A stretch of 63,167 bases of DNA, filler included, from Phoronis australis (Eukaryota; Animalia; Phoronida): the NCBI GenBank assembly GCA_002633005.1. It is 5 parts of 5 records of this genome, joined end to end, with 100 filler letters (N's around TTAATTAATTAA, not from the genome) between each part and the next. Parts side by side here need not be neighbours in the genome. Positions count along the whole stretch, not along the records: positions 51,042 to 63,167 come from NMRA01000831.1; 4 more parts are not named here. The stretch is one strand, 5' to 3'. Positions 50,942-63,167 of this stretch are shown here, one piece after another (within the stretch, counting starts at the first letter, position 1; each line of letters starts with the position of its first letter). The translations under genes were made by a program, and so were the position numbers. Below the pieces are notes generated by a model. That model ran no database searches and had not been told where the DNA came from. It saw nothing but the letters and a program-made list of their open reading frames with translations.

Positions 50942-51856
50942 NNNNNNNNNNNNNNNNNNNNNNNNNNNNNNNNNNNNNNNNNNNNTTAATTAATTAANNN
51001 NNNNNNNNNNNNNNNNNNNNNNNNNNNNNNNNNNNNNNNNNAGCCACGCATGCGCAATTTAATCACCACTAGTACAGCAGCGACACCGCGAGGAGAATTC
51101 TCCGAATAGCCCCATTTATCAAAATCTATTTTGCCTGATGTATCCGATGAGCTATGTTGCGGAGTAAAGCGTACCTCCGACAATGTGGGCATCTAATTTC
51201 CTGTATTTAATGAATGTGGACACTAGCTGCCTTCTTGTATACTAGCGTAAAATAAAGCTAGGAGTGCATACCAACTATGGGAGTCAATTGACACTCACCT
51301 TACCGTTACAGATGTCTAAGGGAAGAGTATTCTAGTACACGTTTTCTTGCATCACGCTCCTGCCTGAATTCAAAGCAGCACGCTCCTAACCTGAACACAT
51401 ACCTTTTGCGCAACTTTTTCCAAATCTTTCAGAAGATGGTGCCATCAGAAATTCTATTAGCTGGTGATGAAACTCTAAAAGACTATTGAGAAGTGAAACC
51501 GTTCCTTGTAATTTGTTATGAACTGTAAATGCAACATTGTGGAAGAAGAACAATAGATTGAAAAATCGTCCAAAAAGTAAGTGGGCAGCAAGTGACGCAC
51601 GTTTTATGGCACTCAAATCTTCCTCTTTGAATGGCTGGCGTAAAATGTAATGACACAAATGCATTTTTGGGACTTCCTGTTTAGAGCTGTGGTGTTTTGA
51701 AGTTTTTAAATAATAGCGGGCTACCAGCGGGAGTGTGACCTAAGGACCGTACCTGAAATAACAGGTCACATGACCACATAGGTTTAGACGAAAAATCGTG
51801 TTGTCACTATGAAAAATGGCAAAGACTACTGGAAACCACCATTCCCTTACAAAAAT

Positions 51857-52341
51857 GAACTTAAGTTTTCATCGAAAAACCTAAGTTTTTGGTCTGAAAA
51901 ACTTAAGTTTTCATTCACGAAAACTTAAGTTTTTGGCGAAAACTTAAGAATTTTGGAACAAGTTTTTTGGAACGAACTTAAGTTTTCATAACTTAAGTTT
52001 TTCAAAAACTTAAGTTCTAAAATCGAAATTTTGGAATGCGTGTCCTACTGAAACTTATTGCTTTTAGAAAACTTCAATTTTCAAAAGTTAGTTCCTTGAA
52101 AACTTATGTTCTGAAAACTTGAATACTTAAGTTTTTGGAAAACTTAAGTTTCAGAAACTTAAGTTTTTGAAAAACTTAAGTTTTGGAACAAGTTTTTAGT
52201 AACAAACATAAGTCATCAAAACTTAAGTTTTTGAAAACTAAGTTTTCAGAACATAAGTTTTCAAGGAACTAACTTTTGAAAATTGATGTTTTCTAAAAGC
52301 AGTAAGTTTCAGTAGGAAAGGCATTCAAAAATTTCGATTTT
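51857..52341. repeat. Foldback-like region of AAAACTTAAGTTTT palindromic units
   Basis: Many aacttaagtt units; ~52018-52120 is the reverse complement of ~52240-52341. Confidence 0.85.
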
Positions 52342-53171
52342 CACTAAAACGAGTGGAGTACAGTAACAAATTTAATGATTCTCATACAAGATTTAACAAA
52401 CTAGAGTTCTATTAACATTTCATTAACAGTGATTAATTGCAGAAAATAAAATGCACTTCCTAATATACACTAGTTCCTTAAAATAAATGAACATAAGTGA
52501 AATATCAAAATCTTGAAAACCAGAAACATTTCAAAAATCAGTTCATCAAGTGTCATGCGTACAATGCAGTGAAAACTAAATGAGGCTAATAATATATTCA
52601 TATTTGCATCGTTCTCAGTCTATGATAATACGCGATAACTGAGGGAGCAAAATGGAATGTACAAACAGAGAAATCACTACCAAATCATGAAACTCAACCA
52701 AAGAAAATGTAATTACATAGCCAGGAAGGACTACAACAAAAGTCTACGTTTCAACAGCACAGACTTTTTCAACTCAAATTACAGCAATGACACCATGAAT
52801 AACAAATCTTTTAATATGCAAAATCCAAGAATATCCGCAGCGCTAAAATGTAACAGGTAACTAAAAGTTTATCGACAATGGCCACAGATCTGATTTTGGG
52901 AAGTACAATCCTTATGCTAGAAATAGTGCCTAGAATCACCTATCATGGTTTTGAACCTTAAAAATATCAGTTTAAAAGTCAAAGTTTCGTTTTGTTGACA
53001 ATCATAATAACAGTAAATCCAATACACATCATGGTGTGAACAAGTTTCACTAAAAGTAACCCTAAGTACAACCTGGTTATACGAGATGAAAATTAGATAA
53101 CTTAGACCTTTAACCACAAAAATATTCTTTTTCCTTTAATTTAAAGCTACTGATCTTCATACACATATCTA

Positions 53172-53655
53172 TAGGACCTTTCATACTAACATCGACGCGC
53201 CGATGTTTTTGGGAGTTACTGTCAGTATGAACGCTTAAACTTTGGTCCTGGAAGGAAGTTAACAACGCCAGTTAACTTTGCACTAAACAGGTGCTTAGTG
53301 TCAATGCTGTGGCGCAGTATAAACGATCAACTTCGGTCCTATCGAAGTTATTGCCAGGGGCCACTGTTATCATTAACAATTGCGTAGTAGTGTGATGGCT
53401 GATAGTTGCTTATACCTTGCTCCAATAATCACCAATCAATTTAAAAATAAGTTTTATGTCACGTGTAAATGGTCCCAAATTGTCACATCTTAGCGTGCAG
53501 TGCTACCTTGCGATACCTTCGATCACGACAGCGCCACCTACTGTTTACTTCGAAGTTCATTAACTACCGAAGCCAGAATGAACGGTCCAGTTAACTTCGC
53601 AGTATACGTCGACGCTCCGCTCAGACAAGAGTTAAGTCAATGTGATAGGGCCCTA
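53172..53655. mobile_element. Harbinger-like MITE
   Basis: Imperfect TIRs taggacctttcatactaac / gtcaatgtgatagggcccta; internal ccagttaactt.gca repeats. Confidence 0.5.
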
Positions 53656-54389
53656 TGCTAGACAACAAGCCACTTAATCTTCTTTAGCTGAATCTGCTCG
53701 CTTAGCTTCACAGGCAAATAATCCATGTTTTGTGACTACAAACGCACTTTTCTGAGCTCAGATAACTGAATTCATAGGTTCATGAGCTGCAGTTCATAAG
53801 TACGTACGTTGTGTTGTCTGGGTAGTCTTCCTTATCCAATGATTGTTGAAGACACAATCTGCAATAAAGACAACAAATTTTAATAACAGACGGGTAAAAG
53901 CTATCAGTATAAGACAACTTAACTTGCTGGATATTTATCGTGCTGTTTATACAACACTGATTTGTAAACCTTACTGTCTTATATACAGAGCCTAGAAAAT
54001 AGTCTTCAATTTCAAAATTTAACCAATCGCTCTCCAGGATTCAAGTGCAAGACTAGTCTGCAAGTTTACTCCAAGCATGCACTGCAGTGGGTCAGTTTTC
54101 CACTTACTGTTTTGAATGAAGTTTTAATCCTGGATTCGCGACATTCAAAACAATTTTATTCTACACAGCTTGAATACAAACATGCACATGGTCACCTACC
54201 ATGGTATCAAAATCTAGAACAAACCGTGCATATGACAAAACTTAATGACAATGCACAACTCTACATAAGTGAGCAGAGCTAGTTTTATTCTAACTAGCTG
54301 TCTCCAACCAGCATAGAACTGAATTGTCTTCTTACTAATGTTTCATGGACATTCAACAAACACAACCAAGGTTAGAACTGGAAGTTTAA

Positions 54390-55752
54390 TCTCACATGTA
54401 TACTTCCGCATGTACTTTTTGAAACTTATAGCAAAACCAAGAAGCTTTACTTTGACTTGACCAAATGGCTTGTTAAAGATTAGAAGAATTGGTTAAACCA
54501 AGGACATATTTCATATTGTTTCAAATTCAAACCCTGGTAGCAGCACTATTTTTAACTCAACAATGAAACATATGAAGCTTTACCTGCCATGTGGATGTAC
54601 ACAGCCCAATACCACCCCTGTGTAATTGTTTCGACGCAAATGTTTGGATGTCTAGTTCTTCCAAGTACTCCGCCAAGTTAACAGAGACCTGAAAACAATG
54701 AGATATTAGCAAACATAACAGTATGTGATAGCTTCTTAAGAATCCCAGACATAATCTATTTACAGGGAATGTTATCCATGTAAAGATCAGGGGCGGTCCG
54801 GCGGATCCAGGATTTTGAGTTGGGGGGGTTAGGGCAGAGTATCAGGCAGGATTTTGCCCGTCAGACATTCGCACNCTGCCCCTTCCCAACTGCTAAATGA
54901 TCTTGTAGCGTTTTAGGGGGCCGGGTCCATGGCCCCTTAGCTGCCCTCTGAATCCACCATTGAAGATACTGGCATGGTCTTCACAAGGGGTTTTAAATAA
55001 CCATAATAGTTTACAGCAAAAATAAAATTATTATCTTATGTACAGTACACATAAAAATACTATATCATGTACTCCTACCAATCACTTTACTGGCTGACAT
55101 TTGCAAATATATTAAATTGAGGTTCCATGCAAGTTTCTTGAGGGAAAAGAATATGCATCTACAGACATGGGGAGATCATTCTAGTCAGTCCATATTCAAC
55201 TCAACTCAACTCCTAGGTAAAGTTGTACCCAGATTAACTATCACTTTCACCATGACATTGAAATACTGGATTTCAATAAAACCAGTCGAAATTGCATTGA
55301 ATGTGAAAATTTTTGAGTCTGAATATGCAAACTTTTGCGACATTCTGTATTCCACAACCAGGTAAAAATTCGAAATCACATACTCAATCCCCAAGTCAAA
55401 TCACGCAGATTTTCCTTATTTACATTGAATTATTTGGTGCAATTAGATAAGAATTATGCAAGTTTCACTGTGTATAACAATAACATGTTGACTGGTGAGA
55501 GTTCACTTGGGTACATTGTGACCTATGCCGGGGGTATTCCAGATAGGGTACTAGCAGCGGGATCGGGATGTCCTTTCACATTCAATAATCTAGACCCTCC
55601 CGACAAACCTGAGCAAATCAGTCAAAATAGGCAATACAATAGTTACATTGGTGATTCTTAATTTTGAGAACCAGGCACATGCGTGCACCCAGTGGAGGCT
55701 CGAACGAGCAACCCCCACACTTGCCGAAGTGGGCATGAAAAGGTCAGCCTCC
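54390..55752 (+). repeat. ~1.3-kb dispersed repeat, copy 2 (contains a CAGGGGCGG hAT-like MITE at ~54788-54962)
   Basis: Aligns with 16373-17662. Confidence 0.9.
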
Positions 55753-56059
55753 AACTGCACTGTATGGGGCTTTAAAACTGTTGAAATATTGTGGTTTCAA
55801 TAATTAGTGACAAACTTGCCTGTTGATGAAAAATTTATTGGATCATCAAGTGTAACATTAACGGGCTTTCTACTGACCATAAGACAATCTATGCAGTCAC
55901 TGAATGTCATTTCCCCATAACGTGTACCAAATTGAATAGTTTTTATCATTAGTATAAAGCCTTTCTTCTGAAAGTAAAAGTTAATGTCACTCAGTGAGAA
56001 AGGACAGGTATTTATACCAGATGCTTTTGGTTTTCATTTCAGTGGGATCTAGTTTCAAT

Positions 56060-58084
56060 AGCCTATAGAAGCGCTTGTAAAAAGGTCCAGTTTCGGCACG
56101 TGGCTTTCCTTCATGTAACCTCATTTAACCTCTCAGTAACATCCACAATTCCACAATTAGATCCTTGAAGGTAAACATAACAGCATATCACTTGACTCGT
56201 TTTGTGCACAAAATCTGACCCTGAACTAGACCAGAGTGTCACTAGGTCTTCTTTAGCTTCAGTCCCTCATGTTTCTTCCAGGAAAGGAAATAAGTTATTG
56301 TCCACACTTGACTCATTGCCTATGAAAGGGCATCCTCACCAAAGAGGCTGACTTGTGTAGCAGTCAGATATAGTTCCACTTCATACGCAAACAATACACT
56401 GGCACATTGTCTTATGGTAACTTAGTACTGCGATTCACATTCATCTAGGGCCACTGGCTTGTACATTGTGCCATGCAGCACTGCTGGTGTGTGGAGATGC
56501 TGTGGGACGAAAAAGGAGTAACAAAGCTTGTCTATGTTGCGGCTTGAAGTGGCCTTAAAATGTCACTGAATCTAGAACAAATATTGAAATATGAATAATT
56601 AAGTACTCCAGGTTGGGTAAAAAATGCTACCCCTGTTTTCAAAAATATATGGTGACTGCTTTACAATTTCACACAAAATTAAATAATTACTATTTTCAGA
56701 AAGCAAGGGTGTATATAATAAGTACATATATAAAACTGCGTCTTTTATTATTTTTCATTCGTAGCCATAACAATTCTTTAAACGCATCACTCGTCTGCAA
56801 TATGTGCAAATTTTTTTAGACAATTTCAAACCTTTGTTCCTCATTTTCAAGCCCTTTTATTTTTGACACTTTCAGCAATTTTAAATTCCGATTACAGATT
56901 CATGGGTCTGTCAAGCATGCTTCTAGTCTAAGGCTGAGGGAACCGTTTCTTAGACTTTTTATTTTTCTTCCAATAGAAGATAGGAAGACTTGGGTCATTT
57001 AAAAAATGATGGATGATCTTTCTGTTGTTTAAGAGTAATTACAAATCGTAAGGCACCATCAAAAATGCAATTTTCACAAAAAACGGCAGTCATTTGAATT
57101 TTTAAATGACTTGCAACATTTCAAGGCATGAGTAAAGACTCTTCAGTTACTGAGAATTCAGATAATGTAATATATTTTTATGGGCTTAGAATTGATAGCG
57201 AAACAGTTTCATGAAATAAACGTGAAGGAACTTCATGAAGGTTAAGAATTACCTCACCATGCTCTTTCCCCCAGACATGTATTACGTACCTGTTATTTCT
57301 ACACATTCAGTTGCACCAAATTTTACAACCCCAACCCCCTATGCCAATACCCCACTTAGGACCTGAATGAGTAAATTAACAAAACTACATACCTTTCTTT
57401 AAAAATAGCTGTTCCTTTTTAAAGGCTTTGTTCGTTGTCTCCAATATAGAAAGTAGGCTGCACTGGATTGGAAGATCTTGTTGGTTAGGTGCAGTCAAAT
57501 GCTTAAAACCATTTTTTTTCCATTCAGGGATGGTGCAGAAGCGATGCATCCTCTGCACGGTACAAGCTCTCAAACCTAAAAACCAAAGGTCACGTGAAAA
57601 CAAACATAATAAATTTCCATTTCAAGGTGTAATAGATTTGCGGAAAACATGGGATAGGGAGTAAACAAATAGTCTAATGGATATTTGTCACGTACCCTTT
57701 GCCATTGGGCTTGGATTGTAATCTTAACTCACTAACCAATATCGAGTTGACAGCATAAACATTCAGCATTGATTGATTAACTGTCACTGATAAAACTGTT
57801 AGAAATCATTCCCAACAATAATACTGCTTTGATGTAGGAAAAGATCCCAAGTGCTAAGTCAAGTATCGTAACACACACTACAACAAATAAACATAAACCC
57901 GACTGGCGACTGCCGCAAAGTCGACATCGGCGAGTACCTCAGTTAACAGGCATCAGTACAATAGACATGGAATAATCGTTAAAATAATCACAAACCTTAC
58001 CTTTTATAAGGTCGTGCTTACTTCCTCTCACAGAAGCACCCTTTTCACGCAATCTCAGATTCAGTTGGCACGGCTGCAAGCCAT
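56060..58084 (-). pseudogene. Second spliced SAP...YqaJ nuclease gene, heavily decayed
   Basis: Exon 58001-58084 LRLREKGASVRGSKHDLIK|gtaag (SAP-like); exon ~57392-57576 W...DLP...KAFKK; last exon 56060-56571 HTPAVLHG..YKPVA, YLTAT...FGED...VKC, VQGQILCTKR...FTFKDL, PKLDLF. Confidence 0.7.
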
Positions 58085-58216
58085 TTCACTGTATAGTTAA
58101 AAGGCTCGAGTACACGCGTGCCCTCTAGTTAATGTAAATTTTCCGAATAGCTCCATTGACCTATAGCAAGGTCGGCCCCATGCGAAAAGTCACGTGATAC
58201 CCGACAAACAAACAAG

Positions 58217-58480
58217 ATGTCACTCGCAAATACACTTGTCACTAAACGACGTTCCTGGTGGAATCGATGAGTGTCTTTTGCACTATTTGAAAACTCTTTG
58301 ACAAAGACAACAGGCTATGCTTTTCAACAGAGAATCGTACCTTCGTGATATGGGAATTTGTAAAGGTGACGATGAAAAAACAAGTTCGAGGAGCCAGCAA
58401 AAATCCGAAGAACCCCACAGGGTTCACATTCACCTGACATTAATGACAAGGCCACTGATATGTTCATGGAAGGCTAATGT
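58217..58480 (+). pseudogene. Possible SWIM-type transposon protein N-terminal relic, divergent from the SAP gene
   Basis: HYLK...FNRESYLRD...RSQQKSEEPHRVHI...ICSWKA resembles 'RSQxKxExPHxVxI...CSCKAG'. Confidence 0.45.
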
Positions 58481-59689
58481 ACCTTAAAGTTGAATTATCT
58501 GTATAATTCTTTAGATTTCAGGATCTCTTGAACAAAATCAGTGAAGATTCACCGATATTTTTATTCTGTCGTTTGCTAAATTTCGCCAAATGAAAAGTAG
58601 GTCACAGCTGGTGGGACTCCCGGAGTAAAGTAGGTCATAGATTACAGACAACACATGTACTATAGTCTCCGAGTAGGTCAAGTCGATAGCACTGTTTACG
58701 CTTTTCTAATCTTGTAACAAAATATTTTTATTAAAAAAACTCAGGTTCATAGCTCAGGTACCTACTCGTCTTGCCCTAGGCAAACAGTTAGCTCTGGTAG
58801 GTCTGGAATTGGCATTTAAGAATCCTTCTTTAAATAAAAGAGGTGGTTTAAGATTCGATTTGTCACATGTATGGGATGGTGTTCTGATCTCAATAACGCG
58901 CCGTCTGGCCAAAACGCCACCAATTGGCCAGAATAATGATAACGTCACAACCCAATCTGAAGTCCGTGAGATGCGGACGCAACATCACTAATTTTTTTAA
59001 GTTTTTATTCCATTATTAGACTCAAACTTGATCTGTTTTCCCAACGGGATGTCTCATGCTTTTATTAAGACATTTAAGTATGCTTACCTTCTGATGAACT
59101 TCGCATTTTTGTAGTTTCATTGCATAAAGGTAGCTTTCATTTAATTTTGAATGTAGCATGATCACTAAGCTGTGGTATGCTTACAAAAGATTACAAGTTT
59201 GGTGTAGTGGCAAAAATAGGGTATTTACAAAAGTAACTCAAATTCTTTTTTAAAGCTTCATAAGTCTAAATATCGTGTTTAAACAACTACAAAATGAGCT
59301 CTCTCTAACTCTACAGGCATAGGGTATACTAGAGGTCCACATCAAAAAGTATTAATTCAACTGTATATTTTTTCAAGAAAAGAGCTTGAACTAGGCTTTG
59401 AGTTGAGTAATCCAGTCCCCCTTCCTGTGCCGATTGAATCTCTGAATTTTGGCCGGGTGACAAGTTCAGTTGAACGCCAGCCTATGGGTTTATGAATAAC
59501 AAAAAATGTACCTTTGATACGAAACAAAATGATGTCCATTAGGTCGAAATAAATGAAACAATAAATAACATTAAAATGTCCTTGAAAACAACAATTTCTG
59601 GGGACTACCGCTAGGTGCCGAGACAAAGGCGGCCAGATGTAGGAAACTCCGGAGTCAAAATCTGAGATAGGCCTGCACCATAGCCACCA

Positions 59690-60093
59690 AACTGAAAAGT
59701 ACGTATCTTGGAACTAATATATTTGAGTTTATTATAGCCTTGGAGTAATCAAGCAACATTGATAACTTCAGCTGCTCGTGTGGCTGTTCACACAGTTTAA
59801 TCCATAGTTTACAAGTTTTGACATCACATTCCGGCTCAGACAATGCCAAAAAATGACAGGATGTTATTCTGGAACAGCATCACGGCGGCGGAATTGCACA
59901 CTCCATATCAACACCGTTTCACAATTCTTACAACACAATTTCTTGAGCTATAGACTAAAGTAAGTTTTACTCGACTACGTCTTGTTTGTCAGGTAAAATG
60001 GCGGCTTAGAATCGCAGACGAAGGTGTGTCAAGAACGCTGCATTCTGATTAGTCAGTTAAGCCGTCCGTCATGATTCTGCCGATAAGTAAATT
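59690..60093 (-). pseudogene. THAP-domain gene start plus upstream region, copy 2
   Basis: (TTG)VKRC*YGVCNS...PVIF...EPECDVKTCKLWIKLCEQPHEQL...RYV; homologous to 32890-33155. Confidence 0.7.
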
Positions 60094-60758
60094 TCATAGT
60101 TTACACTGACATACTTCCAAAATTCCTCAAGCAGGGAGGTAGGCTGGCCAAGCAGGAGCGATGAAAATAAATCATTCCTTTGACTGTGGGCCTGTAGAAG
60201 GTCTCAAAGCAATGCATCAGTTTGTCACAAAATTCAAACTTCTGTATGGCTGTAACCATTAGTAACCTTCCTGAGCGGAATGAAAAAAATATCAGAATGA
60301 AAAAATGGCGGTCAGTTAGTTGAAAATTCTCACGTCTATTGTATTGTTCCAATTTTCAGTCACAACATAAGTTTATTGTCGACAGTCACCGAAAACATTT
60401 GTATGCATTGGTTCGCTTTAAAAAACAAGCTAATCAGACTTTGTTCAAGTCATTTTTTATATAAAAAATTGATCAGCATGTTCTGCATGATGAGTTAAGC
60501 CTCGTTTTCCTCGCTCAAGCCAGCGTTTGTGTGTACAGTAAAGTTATGAAACTTCATAACAGATTATCCAGTCTTCTTCCAGTTAACAATGATATGACCA
60601 TCGACACATTTTGATCTAATTTAGTTTTATATAGATATATTCACTTTGCATATGGGTTCTGCATTCAGCTCTTTGCCTAAAATAAACTTACATGCTGTCG
60701 GTTAAGTTGTATCTCATGACATGAAAACGTGTCGAAACCACCAAGCATAAAGACTTAA

Positions 60759-61651
60759 ACGCGAAGGCAACTTTTTTCATGTCATTTTTAGCAAAAATAA
60801 GGTTCGATGATTATCCCAGACATATTTTCCACTTAATTACAGCTTTTCGTAATTTGATTAATTATTCGTTATCCACTCCGGAAGTGACGTTTTGGGAGGC
60901 AAGGATTTTGCGCCAATTTCTTTTCCCATAGTCTGACTATATGAGCGTTGTCGAGTCAGTCATTCATCTGCCTCGGTGGTCATAAGTTCAGTCGTCGTTT
61001 GTTTTTGTTTACGAGTCAGTCAACATGCCATACTGTTGCTGCGTACCGGGATGTACTCATTATGGCCCAAAGCCTGTAAGCAGCCCTGCTGCGATGTTAA
61101 GTAGTGGGAGTGAATACAGGCCCCGTTCGAAACCCAGTGAAGAGGACAGTTCGTGGTTCAATGAACAGATCAGTGAGCCAAACTTTGATAAGTTTATTGT
61201 GGACTTGTCTAAAGTATTGGAGCTATTTAGAAGGTGCCAGGTATGTGGCGCGAGGTGTAAACAATTTGTGTACTCGGGTCACTATAAGTGGGAGTGTGTT
61301 GCGGACACTCGGGCAAGTGGGACGGTTGTTCCTCTGTCCGTGAGACGATAATGAGTACATCCCGGTACACAGCAACAGTGTGGCATGTTGACTGACTCGT
61401 AAACAAAATCACCCGATGACCGAACTTATCAAAACCGAGATAGAACAATGACTGACTCGGCAGCTCTCACAGTCAGACTATACGAAAAGAAATAGTCAAT
61501 AAATTCTTGCCTCCCAAAACGTCACTTCCAGAGTAGACAACGAATAAATAATTAAATTACGAAAAGCTGTAATTGAGTGGAAAATGTGTCTGGGATAACC
61601 AACGTACCTTATTTTTGCTAAAAAAGACATGAAAAAAGGTTGCCTTCGCCT
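60759..61651. mobile_element. 893-bp miniature Kolobok-type element with ~300-bp TIRs
   Basis: TTAA|ACGCGAAGGCAAC ... GTTGCCTTCGCCT|TTAA; arms 60759-61061 and 61349-61651 are reverse complements. Confidence 0.9.
61025..61351 (+). CDS. 108-aa internally deleted THAP-start/zinc-ribbon ORF of Kolobok-like transposase
   Basis: MPYCCCVPGC (THAP start) joined in frame to KFIVDLSKVLELFRRCQVCG; the stop codon is supplied by the right TIR. Confidence 0.6.
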   Translation: MPYCCCVPGCTHYGPKPVSSPAAMLSSGSEYRPRSKPSEEDSSWFNEQISEPNFDKFIVDLSKVLELFRRCQVCGARCKQFVYSGHYKWECVADTRASGTVVPLSVRR

Positions 61652-63167
61652 TTAACTCAATATTCCAAATATTCTGCGCAGACACCTAGGAACCGAAGTT
61701 GAAAATAAAATGGCCGGATGCTGAAGGTTCAAATTGTTTGTGCTTGACATAAGAAGTATTCAAAAGTATCGTTGGCCGTATTGACAAAATACCGTAACAC
61801 CTTGCCTACGATCTGCATTGGCTGCATTTACAAAGTGGAGCAACAGGCTATCTATATGAACAACCATAAAAACGAGAATGGGAAACATAAATCGTGAAGG
61901 GCGGCCCTCCTCGTGGCAAAAGTTGGACAGTGTTGTAATGTTTAAAACGTTGAATACTGACAAACACCCTCTTGATGACTTGCCGTAATTGCACATGTTG
62001 AAGTGGCGGACGAGTAGTCACTGACCATGGAGGTGAAATTGAACTTTAAACAAAACAAGTGGAAAATCATTGTCTCAACTATAACTAACTTTGTGGCGAT
62101 CATATTTCTGAGTTTTTTATTTACCTTATTTATTAGTATATTAGTATTACCAAACTTGTATCATTCACCATGAAAATTGTCAGAGTTTTTAACACTGTAT
62201 AATTATTGGCTTTCGCCTGCAAGCAAAGCTCCGCCTTCCATCATGTTAACTTTTATGTCAACACAAAATTGTAAATTTGAAACACATTGGAGTGATGTTA
62301 TTGGCAAGAAAAATGATTTTTGGAGAAGAGCCTAAGCACTGATTTGAAACGGGACCTTCATGGTTACAGCCAAGCATTTTGCTGACAGCTAAATTGCCTT
62401 CGATGAATAGCGTTTACATGGTAAAGTCACCAGCCATGGCACACAACGTTGATAACTGGCGATTTGTCATAAAATCATAAAAGCAGTGAGTTTCATTGTT
62501 GTATAGAACTGGTGAAAGCTAAAATTAACATCAAAAAGTGTATCCAACAATAAACCAAAAAATTTGCTTTTCAGCTGTAAAAACCATTCTTTTTAATTCC
62601 ATGTTTCAATTTATTTTAAAATTTGTAACTGGGGTTCCTTAAAGCTGCTTTGAACTTGTGCTTTCTATCAAAAAAAACAACATGCTAGGCCACCTACCAT
62701 TATAAAATTGGTCTTGTCTTGTCCCAATTCGTAGTTCAGAAGTGATGGCAAGAGGAAGTTGCGGTCACTTAATTCTGCAGACCAAGCACATAGAATTTCA
62801 GGTCACAGCATGACCCTGAAGTTTCATAAGCTTTGTGCCATCCACTCACAGCGTACCCTAGAATAAGTTACTCCTAGAATGAGTTGTCGCTATTTGAACT
62901 AGTGCAATTTGCCCCACTTGTGACAAGAACTTACTCCACTCTACCGAGATAGGGTATTACCTTGCTGTAGGGTAATTTGCGCCATTTTTAATTCTTGTGA
63001 CCTGAATCAAAACCTGTTTATTGACAGAAGGCTACTGTTTTGGTGTCATTTTTCATTTATGAGTTTCTGGTTATACCATATACATTTTTATGTGAATTAA
63101 ATTCCTCCAGGTTCTAAATAATGCATGCATCACTCTAGTTGGGACATTCTCAGCCCAAATAGTTATT

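Overview
AT-rich, repeat-dominated eukaryotic scaffold, most likely from a marine invertebrate; this is inferred from the TE families and GT-AG introns, and the species cannot be determined. It contains several N gaps, four of which are 100-bp artificial joins carrying a TTAATTAATTAA linker. I see no intact host gene, rRNA or CRISPR array. Main contents: (1) a BEL/Pao pol plus 3' LTR enclosed in a 4.56-kb TAG...CTA long-TIR DNA transposon shell with a CCC TSD (17985-22547); (2) two decayed, intron-containing SAP-(SWIM)-YqaJ nuclease genes (9401-12660 +, 56060-58084 -), the first inside inverted repeats; (3) Kolobok-type TTAA elements, including an 893-bp mini-element whose ~300-bp TIRs each carry the THAP start; (4) THAP, Harbinger, CR1, L1/Tx1 and tentative Sola3-like relics; (5) MITEs, HINE-type repeats, palindromes and two tandem arrays; and (6) the most notable non-TE item, a disrupted gene for a helical/TPR-like protein fused to a bacterial-type (GlnD/GlnE/DUF294-like) pol-beta nucleotidyltransferase (30726-32789). 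Family assignments come from motif recognition by eye and were not confirmed by database searches.
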